Shown: positions 48,499-57,033 of the stretch, piece by piece
How positions within the stretch are numbered: the first letter of the stretch is position 1
Layout: each line of letters begins with the position of its first letter
Virus record (IMG/VR): IMGVR_UViG_3300029787_000004
DNA length: 64,000 bases
DNA from: an uncultured virus (IMG/VR IMGVR_UViG_3300029787_000004)
Taxonomy: Duplodnaviria; Heunggongvirae; Uroviricota; Caudoviricetes
Strand: one strand, 5' to 3'
Made by a program: the position numbers and the translations under genes
Notes under the pieces: model-generated
Databases searched by the model: none
Told to the model about the DNA's origin: nothing
Seen by the model: the letters and a program-made list of their open reading frames with translations, nothing else

Positions 48499-49120
48499 TC
48501 TTATTCCTATTTTTGCTACACCTCTGATGATTGAAGATGTAAATCATCTGATCACACCAGAGATAAAAAATCATATAAAAAAATTAAATTATGAACGTGT
48601 GCATATTGGCACGGGTGATTGGTCATCAGATGAAGATAGAAATATTCTTCAAACGGAGATGTTCTCTGATATAAAAGAGTATGTTCTTAAATCAGTCCAA
48701 AAACTATCAAAAGATGTATATCTGATTGATGATGATATTGAATTTGTTATTATCTCATCATGGGTATTGAGGCATGGATATGGACATGAATGTGTCATGC
48801 ATAATCATACCGGATCACTTTATAGTGGTGTCCTATATTTGGACGCGCCAGAAAGATGTGGGGATATTAGATTCCATGAACCACATGCATTAGGATCTTC
48901 TCATGCATATCATCAAGTTTCTATACCATTTAAGCAAAGTAGATACAATGCTTTTAATGCTCCTCACTATAATGTGCCAGCAAAGACTGGTACATTGTTG
49001 ACATTTAGTTCTGGACTATTACACTCTGTACCACCTAATATGTCACATGAACATCGATATTCATTATCATTTAACGTGTTGCCAAAACAGATGGTTAATA
49101 TTAAAGAGATTACTGTCTGA
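48491..49120 (+). CDS. 2OG-Fe(II) oxygenase (TIGR02466-like)
   Basis: HNH...SGVLY...LHSV...RYSLSFN. Confidence 0.88.
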   Translation: MSDLIPIFATPLMIEDVNHLITPEIKNHIKKLNYERVHIGTGDWSSDEDRNILQTEMFSDIKEYVLKSVQKLSKDVYLIDDDIEFVIISSWVLRHGYGHECVMHNHTGSLYSGVLYLDAPERCGDIRFHEPHALGSSHAYHQVSIPFKQSRYNAFNAPHYNVPAKTGTLLTFSSGLLHSVPPNMSHEHRYSLSFNVLPKQMVNIKEITV

Positions 49121-49147
49121 TAAATAATTAGAAAATTAGTGTCAGCA

Positions 49148-50434
49148 ATGGCGATAACAAGAGCAACTAATCTGGCAGATATTGGTTCGGGTATTGGCAC
49201 CAATCCAACTCAAACTATTGGTATTGGTCCTGGTATCCAAATGGATGGTTCATCCACTGGTATCATTACTGCAACCACATTTAGTGGAACTGCAACAAAT
49301 GCAGGTACGGCAGTAAATTTGGGTATTGGTGCAACTGGATATGGTCTTGTTTTAAGTGGAAATTTAACTGGTATTGCTGCCACATTTACTGGTAACGTCA
49401 CAGTTGGTGGCACACTGACATATGATGATGTAACTAATATCGATTCAGTTGGACTCATCACTGCAAGAAATGGTCTTCAAGTTCTTGCTGGTATCACTAC
49501 TATTTCGGGTCAGTCTAATTTAGCGAATGTTAATGTTTCTGCCGCAGCATCTTTTGGTGGAAATGTATCAATCGCAGATTCAATCTTCCACACTGGTGAT
49601 ACTAATACTTCCATTAGATTCCCTGCTGCTGATACATTTACAGTAGAAACTGCCAGTGTTGAAGCAGTTCGTGTAGATTCTAGTCAACGATTATTAGTTA
49701 ACAAAACAACGAGTGCAAATAATAATATTGGAGGAATTGGTTATGCAAACGTAGTTCAAATTGAAGGTGCAGCTGTTGGTGCGGGATTGGACGTTAGGAA
49801 TGATGCCGAAACTGCGAGAATAAACATCACATGGAAAGAAACTGAGTCTAATTTAAGTGATGGAGATAAATTAGGGCATCTATCATTTGGAGCAGGAGTT
49901 ACTAATGCTGTTGAGAGAGCAAGAATAGAATGTAACGCACAAACCACCAACGCCAATGGGCGTGGGGGACAATTAGTGTTCATGGTTTGTGCGGATGGTG
50001 GTCACGATCCAGTAGAAAGACTTCGTATAAGTAATACTGGCACAGCACTCTTTAAGGGTGGACTTGCTGAGAAATATGAAAACGCAGGAACAACTCTTGG
50101 ATCACAGACAAACAATCCACTATCAGATGGTAATGTAATTCTATTCGGCGGTAATGAATCAGGAGACTTAACCATTAACTTCACCGAAGTTCATGCCGCA
50201 CTATCAACAGGTGAAACTGTTTCCTTTACTGTTATTCTAACACCAAATAACTCTGGTAAAATTACAGCAGTACAGATAGATGGACAAACCCCAGCTGGCG
50301 GATTAAAATGGTCTGGTGGTTCAGCACCTTCTGCTGGTGCTTCTGGACAAGACATATATACATTCCAAATTTTGAAAACTGCAACAGGAGTAACAAATTA
50401 CACCGTATATGGTGCTGCAACCAACTACGCTTGA
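49148..50434 (+). CDS. Tail fibre protein
   Basis: GTLTYDDVTNIDSVG, IRFPAADTFTVET; C-terminal WSGG..P...DIYTF. Confidence 0.8.
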   Translation: MAITRATNLADIGSGIGTNPTQTIGIGPGIQMDGSSTGIITATTFSGTATNAGTAVNLGIGATGYGLVLSGNLTGIAATFTGNVTVGGTLTYDDVTNIDSVGLITARNGLQVLAGITTISGQSNLANVNVSAAASFGGNVSIADSIFHTGDTNTSIRFPAADTFTVETASVEAVRVDSSQRLLVNKTTSANNNIGGIGYANVVQIEGAAVGAGLDVRNDAETARINITWKETESNLSDGDKLGHLSFGAGVTNAVERARIECNAQTTNANGRGGQLVFMVCADGGHDPVERLRISNTGTALFKGGLAEKYENAGTTLGSQTNNPLSDGNVILFGGNESGDLTINFTEVHAALSTGETVSFTVILTPNNSGKITAVQIDGQTPAGGLKWSGGSAPSAGASGQDIYTFQILKTATGVTNYTVYGAATNYA

Positions 50435-50448
50435 TAGGAGGTAGATAA

Positions 50449-51273
50449 ATGTTTAACTGGAATAAAAAAGAAAAACCCCTGCTTGGATTAACTGGTACAG
50501 GTGGAGGACTTGGTTATTTGGCAGGTGGCGGTGCTGCTGCATTCACCGCCACTGGTGGCACTATTGCAACGCCTGGTGATGGATATACTTATCATGTCTT
50601 TGATTATCCTACATCGGATAATTTTGAAGTAACCGGAGGAACTGCTTCGATTGAAGTTCTTCTTCAAGGCGCAGGCGGAGGCGGCGGCGGTGGTGCTGGT
50701 GATGGTGGTAATGGTCCTGGTGGCGGCGGTGGCGGCGGCGGTGGGACATTAGTCGGCACTATTGCAGATTTGGGAACAGGAACATATCCTATACAAGCAG
50801 GTAATGGTGGCAGCGGTGGTTCTGGTGGTCCCGGTAGTAATGGAAGTCTTGGTGGATATTCTAGATTTACTTTACCCTTTGGATATTTACAAGGTAGTGC
50901 TGGTGATGGTGGGGGATCTCCTGGTGCTGGTGAGGGTGGCGTCAACCAGGATCCTGCTACCCCCAATCCAACTGTAACAATTAATAACAACTACACCGGT
51001 GGCACCGGCACAGGGAGAACTCCCGCTTATAATGGACGCGGTTCTGGCGGAGCGGGTGGAGCTCCACAACCTTCTGGTAACTGGTGGAAACCATATATGG
51101 CACCAGGTGCCGGTAGAGGGACAGGTGGACACAATGGATTCGGCGGGCCCGCTGCTGATGGTAATAATTATGGCGGCGGCGGAGGCGGCGGCGGTGGTTC
51201 CTACGATGGTGGCGGCGGTAGTCCTGGTGGAGCTGGCGGTAAAGGTAGAGTTGTGGTAAGATACCCAGTATAG
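50449..51273 (+). CDS. Glycine-rich adhesin-like protein
   Basis: ATGG...YTYHVF, GAGGGGG, GRVVVRY; AGGAGG SD. Confidence 0.78.
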   Translation: MFNWNKKEKPLLGLTGTGGGLGYLAGGGAAAFTATGGTIATPGDGYTYHVFDYPTSDNFEVTGGTASIEVLLQGAGGGGGGGAGDGGNGPGGGGGGGGGTLVGTIADLGTGTYPIQAGNGGSGGSGGPGSNGSLGGYSRFTLPFGYLQGSAGDGGGSPGAGEGGVNQDPATPNPTVTINNNYTGGTGTGRTPAYNGRGSGGAGGAPQPSGNWWKPYMAPGAGRGTGGHNGFGGPAADGNNYGGGGGGGGGSYDGGGGSPGGAGGKGRVVVRYPV

Positions 51274-51291
51274 TGACATTTTTATTCCTTC

Positions 51292-51855
51292 ATGGACTTT
51301 ATTGAAAAATATGATAAAGTATTATCAAAACAAAAGTGTGAACAATTAATTTATATTTTTGAATCAAATTCACCACTTCATGAAGTGGGTTTAGCGGGTG
51401 GTTTGGTAGATTTAAATAAGAAGAAAAGCACGAGTTTAGATTTTACTTTTGATCGTTCTAAAATGCAATCAAAAGATATGTTCTTTGCTGATGCATTGGG
51501 TACACCCTTGTTAAATGGAATAGAAAGATATAAAAAGAAGCATAAGTATTTGAATGATGTGACACAGTGGAGTCTTAATGTTGACTATCACATGCAAAGA
51601 TTTGATAGAGATGATGGATATTTTGCCACTCATTGTGAACAAGAAGGGCACACCTCTAAACGTATTATTGCATGGATGTTCTACTTAAATGATGCAAAAT
51701 GTGGCACTAAGTTCTACTATCAAAATAAAACTTTTAAGGCAAAACAGGGGAGAATGTTAATTTGGCCCGCAGCGTGGACACACATGCACTCTGGTATTAT
51801 CCCCAATTTAAACAGAAAATACATCATTACTGGTTGGTACAGTTTTGTTTCTTGA
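51292..51855 (+). CDS. 2OG-Fe(II) oxygenase (paralog of 46306)
   Basis: HCE...WMFYLN...WTHMHSG...KYIITGW. Confidence 0.9.
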   Translation: MDFIEKYDKVLSKQKCEQLIYIFESNSPLHEVGLAGGLVDLNKKKSTSLDFTFDRSKMQSKDMFFADALGTPLLNGIERYKKKHKYLNDVTQWSLNVDYHMQRFDRDDGYFATHCEQEGHTSKRIIAWMFYLNDAKCGTKFYYQNKTFKAKQGRMLIWPAAWTHMHSGIIPNLNRKYIITGWYSFVS

Positions 51856-51880
51856 CATTCTAATCAAACCGATATATACT
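51852..51880 (+). promoter_or_regulatory. Sigma70-type promoter for the sugar cassette
   Basis: TTGACA-N17-TATACT. Confidence 0.8.
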
Positions 51881-51890
51881 AGACACATCA

Positions 51891-52262
51891 TTGTTGGTGA
51901 ATATGAAGACGCTGTGCAACGAGTTAGAAGAGAGCGTATATCTTTTTCCAGACTTTATCCCCATTCGTTTTGATGATGATATGGGACAGTGGTGGATTAA
52001 AGATGAGATGATTTCTGAGTTGCCACACTACTATGTGTTGCATGAAAATGTAGAAGAACCAAAGAATTGGTATCAGAAAAAATATAAGTTTAATCCAGAA
52101 GATGGGTGGCGTTTCAATCCTGATTGGGACGGTGAAGATATGCAACTACAAAAGAATTTGAATAGAAAATTGAATAAGATGTTGAAAGTATTCTATCGTA
52201 AGAAGATCTTAACGAAGAAAGAGATGCTTGCCCTGTTCAACACAGACGAAAAGACATTATGA
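51891..52262 (+). CDS. Hypothetical protein
   Basis: ORF after the promoter; start codon uncertain. Confidence 0.65.
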   Translation: MLVNMKTLCNELEESVYLFPDFIPIRFDDDMGQWWIKDEMISELPHYYVLHENVEEPKNWYQKKYKFNPEDGWRFNPDWDGEDMQLQKNLNRKLNKMLKVFYRKKILTKKEMLALFNTDEKTL

Positions 52263-53254
52263 GTCGTTTTGGAACAAAAGAGATCCTTAATTATTGGGCA
52301 GGAACAGATCAATACCTAGATTATAATTTTATTCCTGGTGTCCAGACAGAAACAATGGGTCGGCAGGAATTTTATGCTGACTTCATGTGCTCCACTGTAT
52401 ATGCATGGAGTGAATATCTTCCCGACAAACTTGTTAAGAATGATAAGTATGTTCATCTAGGTGCATGTCCATTTCTATATGCTGATGCACTTGTGCCAAG
52501 ACAAGAAAGACAGGGAACATGTATCTTTCTACCTAAGATTGATGTTGCAACCGGTGTTGATTTCAATCAGGTAAATTATGATGCCATTAGAACATTAGTA
52601 GAAAATGCACCTAGACCTGTTATTGCAATGGCACCAGCAGAACAGAAGCAAGACTGGTACTATGCTTTTGCATATGAGGGATTGAAAGACTTACATATCA
52701 TGAGTATCTTTGATGATCCTGGTGTAGAAGAGTGGCAGTTGGGTCTTGCTGTTGCAATGGGAAGATTTCAGGCATTTTACTTTCCAATGTTCACATCTGC
52801 GACCATGTACGCATATTATAGTGGTGCTCATGTTCGTTACTATGATGCAGGGGATATTTACTATGAGACCACAACAAGTTCAGTTAATAGCTATGCTAAG
52901 TTAGAAGATATTCATAGTAAGTTTGAGAACTTATGGATAGACAGGTGTGATGATCGTAGTGTCATCATGAGTATGATTAAGTTATTCCTATGTCCGCATA
53001 AGAGACAAACACCCGATGAACTATTAGAATCGTTATATATGCTCAATTTTAGATCAAATATGATGACTGAAAAACATGGTAGACATTGGGATGATTGGTT
53101 CTATGGTAACTCTACTGGAAGAATCATAACTGATGCTGTGCCATTGGAATTGTATTCCAAAGATAAAGCATTGGATAAACTGAATGCAAAGTGCAAAATC
53201 TATGATACAATAGAGTATCATCCCTCTGTAAGAAAGTTAATCTCTGAGTTATGA
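52259..53254 (+). CDS. Putative glycosyltransferase-like protein, paralog B
   Basis: Homologous by eye to 41137-42105; coupled to kdsB. Confidence 0.45.
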   Translation: MSRFGTKEILNYWAGTDQYLDYNFIPGVQTETMGRQEFYADFMCSTVYAWSEYLPDKLVKNDKYVHLGACPFLYADALVPRQERQGTCIFLPKIDVATGVDFNQVNYDAIRTLVENAPRPVIAMAPAEQKQDWYYAFAYEGLKDLHIMSIFDDPGVEEWQLGLAVAMGRFQAFYFPMFTSATMYAYYSGAHVRYYDAGDIYYETTTSSVNSYAKLEDIHSKFENLWIDRCDDRSVIMSMIKLFLCPHKRQTPDELLESLYMLNFRSNMMTEKHGRHWDDWFYGNSTGRIITDAVPLELYSKDKALDKLNAKCKIYDTIEYHPSVRKLISEL

Positions 53255-53958
53255 CTGTTACATGTGTTATCCCGTCAAGATTAGGATCTACAAGATTTCC
53301 TGGTAAACCATTGTATAAAATCAATGGAAAAGAAATGATTCTGCATGTCATTGATCGTGCAACAGAATGTAAGTATATTGATAATATTGTTGTTGCAACA
53401 CCTGATGAAGAAATCTATAATGTAGTAAAACAATATAACTGTGATGCTATAATTACAGACTCTTGTTCTACATGTACTCATAGAGTCTCTGATGCCGTTC
53501 GATTACTAGAACATAAACCGCGTTGGGTTGTTAATCTCCAAGGAGATGAACCCGTGATGAATCCAGAATCCATTGATGATATGATTGGTCATGCAATGTC
53601 AAACAAGACTCAGATGTTGCAAGCAATTTATAACATCAATCAAACTGACGTTGATGATAAGGATTGTGTCAAAGCAGTTATCAATAATGATAATGTAATT
53701 TGGATCACTCGTACACCAGAACCAGAGTGGATTATTAATCGACATATCTTTGGAATCTCTGGACTATATGTCTATGATTATGATACTATTGCAAATTTCA
53801 GATCATATGATTTGAAAATGGTTGAGGACTGTGCTAGTCTTGACACCCTAGGTTTCATTGGTAAAATACCTGTGACTCCATTTAATATCGGCATGAGAAC
53901 ACATGCTGTTGATCGCCCATCAGACATTGAGATTGTTAAATATGAGATACGTTGTTGA
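53251..53958 (+). CDS. kdsB: CMP-Kdo synthetase-like cytidylyltransferase
   Basis: VIPSRLGSTRFPGKPL, VVAT, NLQGDEP, AVD...D. Confidence 0.85.
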   Translation: MTVTCVIPSRLGSTRFPGKPLYKINGKEMILHVIDRATECKYIDNIVVATPDEEIYNVVKQYNCDAIITDSCSTCTHRVSDAVRLLEHKPRWVVNLQGDEPVMNPESIDDMIGHAMSNKTQMLQAIYNINQTDVDDKDCVKAVINNDNVIWITRTPEPEWIINRHIFGISGLYVYDYDTIANFRSYDLKMVEDCASLDTLGFIGKIPVTPFNIGMRTHAVDRPSDIEIVKYEIRC

Positions 53959-54292
53959 CATTGACGGTACAATTTGCGAACATTTCAATGGTCCAAACTT
54001 TGGATCAGGTGAAGTTTATTATGATCGAATTGAAAAGATGAATAAATTATATGATGAGGGTCATGAGATTATATACATGACTGCAAGAGGAATGGGTCCA
54101 AAGAATAATCCAGAAGGAAATTTTGATGAGGAATCGATGAATCGTGCAAGACAAAAGTATGGTAGAATGACAGAACAACAGTTGGATGATTGGGGATGCA
54201 GGTATACTAAACTGTTTCTCGGAAAATATTCTGGCGACATTTACATTGACGACAAAGGTATTCACAGTGACACTTTCTTCAACGCTAATTGA
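53942..54292 (+). CDS. HAD-family phosphatase
   Basis: DIDGT, TARG, K...YIDDK. Confidence 0.88.
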   Translation: MRYVVDIDGTICEHFNGPNFGSGEVYYDRIEKMNKLYDEGHEIIYMTARGMGPKNNPEGNFDEESMNRARQKYGRMTEQQLDDWGCRYTKLFLGKYSGDIYIDDKGIHSDTFFNAN

Positions 54293-54743
54293 ATCGGTAA
54301 AACAATCAAAAAGTATTGCAATCATAGGTAATGGCGGCAATCTTGCTATTGCTAACCATGTTGGTAGTGATATGAATAGATATTTGGGTAAATTTACATT
54401 TTATCCAGATGCTGTGCATTTAAGTGCATTAAGTAAGGATCAACCATGGCATAAACCATGGATTGAGTATGCTTCACAACATGCAGATTTGATCCTTGGT
54501 ATTACAACCAGGGCTAAATCTCCTATTGCTGATGCACTAGCATCTCTACCTGATGATTTTGATTGTTACTTATTCTGTCCAGAACAGCATCCAACTGTTC
54601 CAACGGTGTTAATTGATAAGGATAAGTGTAGAAGAATTGATGATCGGAAAGAAGATCTCACATTCCATGAGTTTGAAGTAGAAGTATTATGGCAATTTTA
54701 TATGCTGTTTCATGAGTGTGGTGCAGACCTAATGACAATTTGA
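54267..54743 (+). CDS. SIS-domain sugar-phosphate isomerase (GmhA-like)
   Basis: IIGNGGN.AIA.H...D; GTG start inferred. Confidence 0.7.
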   Translation: MTLSSTLIESVKQSKSIAIIGNGGNLAIANHVGSDMNRYLGKFTFYPDAVHLSALSKDQPWHKPWIEYASQHADLILGITTRAKSPIADALASLPDDFDCYLFCPEQHPTVPTVLIDKDKCRRIDDRKEDLTFHEFEVEVLWQFYMLFHECGADLMTI

Positions 54744-54770
54744 TAAATAACTAGAAACTAATTGTGTGCG

Positions 54771-56186
54771 ATGTCAAGAGCAAGAGAATTAGCAAAACTT
54801 GGCAATACTGATGCCCTTGGCATTGATGGTGTTGACCTGAGAGCAGGATCAATCAGCAAGGGCACCAATCTAGATGTTGCTACTGATGTTAAGGTCGTCG
54901 GTGTTATCACTGCAACCAACTTTTTTGGGGAGGGATCTGGATTAACCGGTCTCGCTGCTGTTGGTGCCGGTGTTACTGTCATGAGAGAAAATAACTCTGT
55001 CGGTGCTGCTACTAAAATAAACTTTGATGGTACTTTTGGAGTATCTGCGTTAGCATCAGGTATCACCACTATTACATCCGGTGTTACTACTGCTGACCCT
55101 AGATCTGCATCGTTAGTTGTTATTGGTGTATCTACACTAGGTAACGTTAATGCTGGTATATTAACTGCAAATCAATTAAGTGGTCCACTTACTGGAACTG
55201 CTGTTACTGTTACCAGTGTATCTGCATCAGGTGATAGTAATTTTAATAATGCAAGTATTACTAACATCACTGGTGGCACAACAGTTGTTGGAATTGTAAC
55301 TGCTACCACGATTGCAAGTAATAATATTACAGGTAGCGCACAACTCACTCAGTTATCTGTTAGTGGTATTTCTACTGCTGAGGGTCAACTTAACTTATCA
55401 AACACCAATGTAATAAGTGGTATTCTTACTGCTGGTGGACAGGTTAATTTATCAAACACCAATGTAACGAGTGGTATTCTTACTGTTGGTGGGCAAACAA
55501 ATCTTACAAATCTAAATGTAGGTGTCGCTGCTACTCTTACTGAATTAAATATCGGTATTGGTGGTGCTGAAATTGCAGGATTTACTACCATTACTAATGG
55601 TGGCGTTAGTGCTGTTGGCATGGTCACAGCTTTTGCTGGATTCAAAACACCGACTGGCACTGTAACTTTTGCTAAACTTGACGGTGGTGATGCTACACAA
55701 GAGATCACATTTAATCGTGGATTAGGTTTAAAAGTTAGCGGACAATCTTCATATACAGGTATTGCTACCTTCGCATCTATTAATATCTCAGGTATTATTA
55801 CAGCGGGTGGTCACGTTAATACTGGTGTAACCACATATTATGGTGACGGATCATATTCTGCATCGATGCGTTGGGTATTAACAGCAGATGGTTCAAGTAA
55901 CTATATCTTTACTGGTCCTGGTTTTGGTCACTCAACAGCGACTGATCCCACTCTATATCTCAAACGCGGACATACTTACATGTTTGAGAATAAGATGGGA
56001 GCACACCCATTCCGTATTCAAAGCACGACAAATGGTGCTGCTGGTACAGCATGGAACGTAGGAGTTACCAATAATGATGTTGCAAATGGTGTTCTAATCT
56101 TTGAGGTTCCATTCGTAACTCCTGATACTTTATATTATCAATGTACTGCACACGCTGCAATGGGTGGAGTAATTAACATCACCTGA
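54771..56186 (+). CDS. Tail fibre protein
   Basis: MSRARELA; GI.TA repeats; C-terminal PTLYL.RG.TY...HPF.I...LYYQCT.H..MGG domain. Confidence 0.8.
   Translation: MSRARELAKLGNTDALGIDGVDLRAGSISKGTNLDVATDVKVVGVITATNFFGEGSGLTGLAAVGAGVTVMRENNSVGAATKINFDGTFGVSALASGITTITSGVTTADPRSASLVVIGVSTLGNVNAGILTANQLSGPLTGTAVTVTSVSASGDSNFNNASITNITGGTTVVGIVTATTIASNNITGSAQLTQLSVSGISTAEGQLNLSNTNVISGILTAGGQVNLSNTNVTSGILTVGGQTNLTNLNVGVAATLTELNIGIGGAEIAGFTTITNGGVSAVGMVTAFAGFKTPTGTVTFAKLDGGDATQEITFNRGLGLKVSGQSSYTGIATFASINISGIITAGGHVNTGVTTYYGDGSYSASMRWVLTADGSSNYIFTGPGFGHSTATDPTLYLKRGHTYMFENKMGAHPFRIQSTTNGAAGTAWNVGVTNNDVANGVLIFEVPFVTPDTLYYQCTAHAAMGGVINIT
55383..55520 (+). repeat. 54-bp tandem coding repeat
   Basis: GQLNLSNTNVISGILTAG / GQVNLSNTNVTSGILTVG / GQTNLTNLNV. 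Confidence 0.8.
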
Positions 56187-56187
56187 T

Positions 56188-56246
56188 GTGACAATCAAAT
56201 AAGTGTACCAGACCCCGCTCAGATCGCCTGTGTGGGGTCTTATACT
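56188..56246 (+). promoter_or_regulatory. Early-type promoter with 22-bp motif
   Basis: GTGACAAT-N6-AGTGTACC; TATACT at 56241. Confidence 0.7.
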
Positions 56247-56351
56247 GTGTGGAGTACATAATCACCTCTTTGACTGTAAATCAAAAACTATTGTTCATTG
56301 TGTCGTTTATGGCGTTTATGAACTGGGGAGTCCGTGTAACTTCCTTGTTAC

Positions 56352-56380
56352 TTGACAAGATTCTAATTTATGTGTAGACT
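56352..56380 (+). promoter_or_regulatory. Sigma70-type promoter
   Basis: TTGACA-N17-TAGACT. Confidence 0.7.
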
Positions 56381-56407
56381 CTGTTTGTTAAGGGTGATGA
56401 GAATCTT

Positions 56408-56572
56408 ATGAATGATCCTGTTACCTATCTACGTCTCATCTCTGAACTTGAAGGATCTTCTCAATTATTAAATCTCCTTAATGAACAAGAAGACAAAGAA
56501 CTAATTGACTTACTTAAACGTAAGTATTATAAACTTTATTTTATTACTAAGAAAGATGCCAAAGAAACTTGA
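56408..56572 (+). CDS. Small hypothetical protein
   Basis: Manually translated MNDPVTYLRLISELEGS... Confidence 0.6.
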   Translation: MNDPVTYLRLISELEGSSQLLNLLNEQEDKELIDLLKRKYYKLYFITKKDAKET

Positions 56573-56726
56573 TCCAGAGACATCAGCAATGATGATGGAT
56601 ATGCAACTGAGTAATATTGCACATGTTCTTGATGGTGAGGTTAAACACTTTACTGGGTGCAATAGAACACATAAATGGAAGAAGATTGAGATTGTATATG
56701 ATTACGGTACGAAAGAGGATACATAA
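56556..56726 (+). CDS. Small hypothetical protein
   Basis: MPKKLDPE... Confidence 0.6.
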   Translation: MPKKLDPETSAMMMDMQLSNIAHVLDGEVKHFTGCNRTHKWKKIEIVYDYGTKEDT

Positions 56727-56748
56727 TTATGAACAGAGGACTAATCTC

Positions 56749-56913
56749 ATGAATCCTGATGATATTACCTTAGACAAACCATCTAAGAGTTTTCAATACG
56801 AGAAGATCTCACGTGATATTGAAAAGATGGAGGATATTGAACTTGTAAAGAATATGGCACGATGTTGGGTCAAACTTTACTTAAAGCAACAAGAAACGCT
56901 AGCAATGATGTAA
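56749..56913 (+). CDS. Small hypothetical protein
   Basis: MNPDDITLD...FQYEK.SR; GAGGA SD. Confidence 0.65.
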   Translation: MNPDDITLDKPSKSFQYEKISRDIEKMEDIELVKNMARCWVKLYLKQQETLAMM

Positions 56914-56954
56914 ACTTGCATAGATACCTTTGGTATCGGTGTGCTGATAGCTCT

Positions 56955-57012
56955 AAGACAATTTTAGAAGTGTCACAGCGTCCTTGACAGGGCGCTTTTT
57001 TCATGCCATACT
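56955..57012 (+). promoter_or_regulatory. Early-type promoter with 22-bp motif
   Basis: AAGACAAT-N6-AGTGTCAC; TTGACA-N17-CATACT. Confidence 0.8.
56977..57001 (+). terminator. Rho-independent terminator
   Basis: AGCGTCCT-TGAC-AGGGCGCT plus T run. Confidence 0.75.
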
Positions 57013-57033
57013 ATATTCATATCAGAGATCTTC

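Noticed and set aside
33747..51279. Antisense or alternative-frame ORFs rich in Pro, His, Thr or Val over Gly-rich genes
   Set aside because: Shadows of GGT/GGC codon runs
43407..56186. Diversity-generating retroelement acting on the fibres
   Set aside because: No reverse transcriptase and no template/variable repeat pair with adenine-specific differences seen
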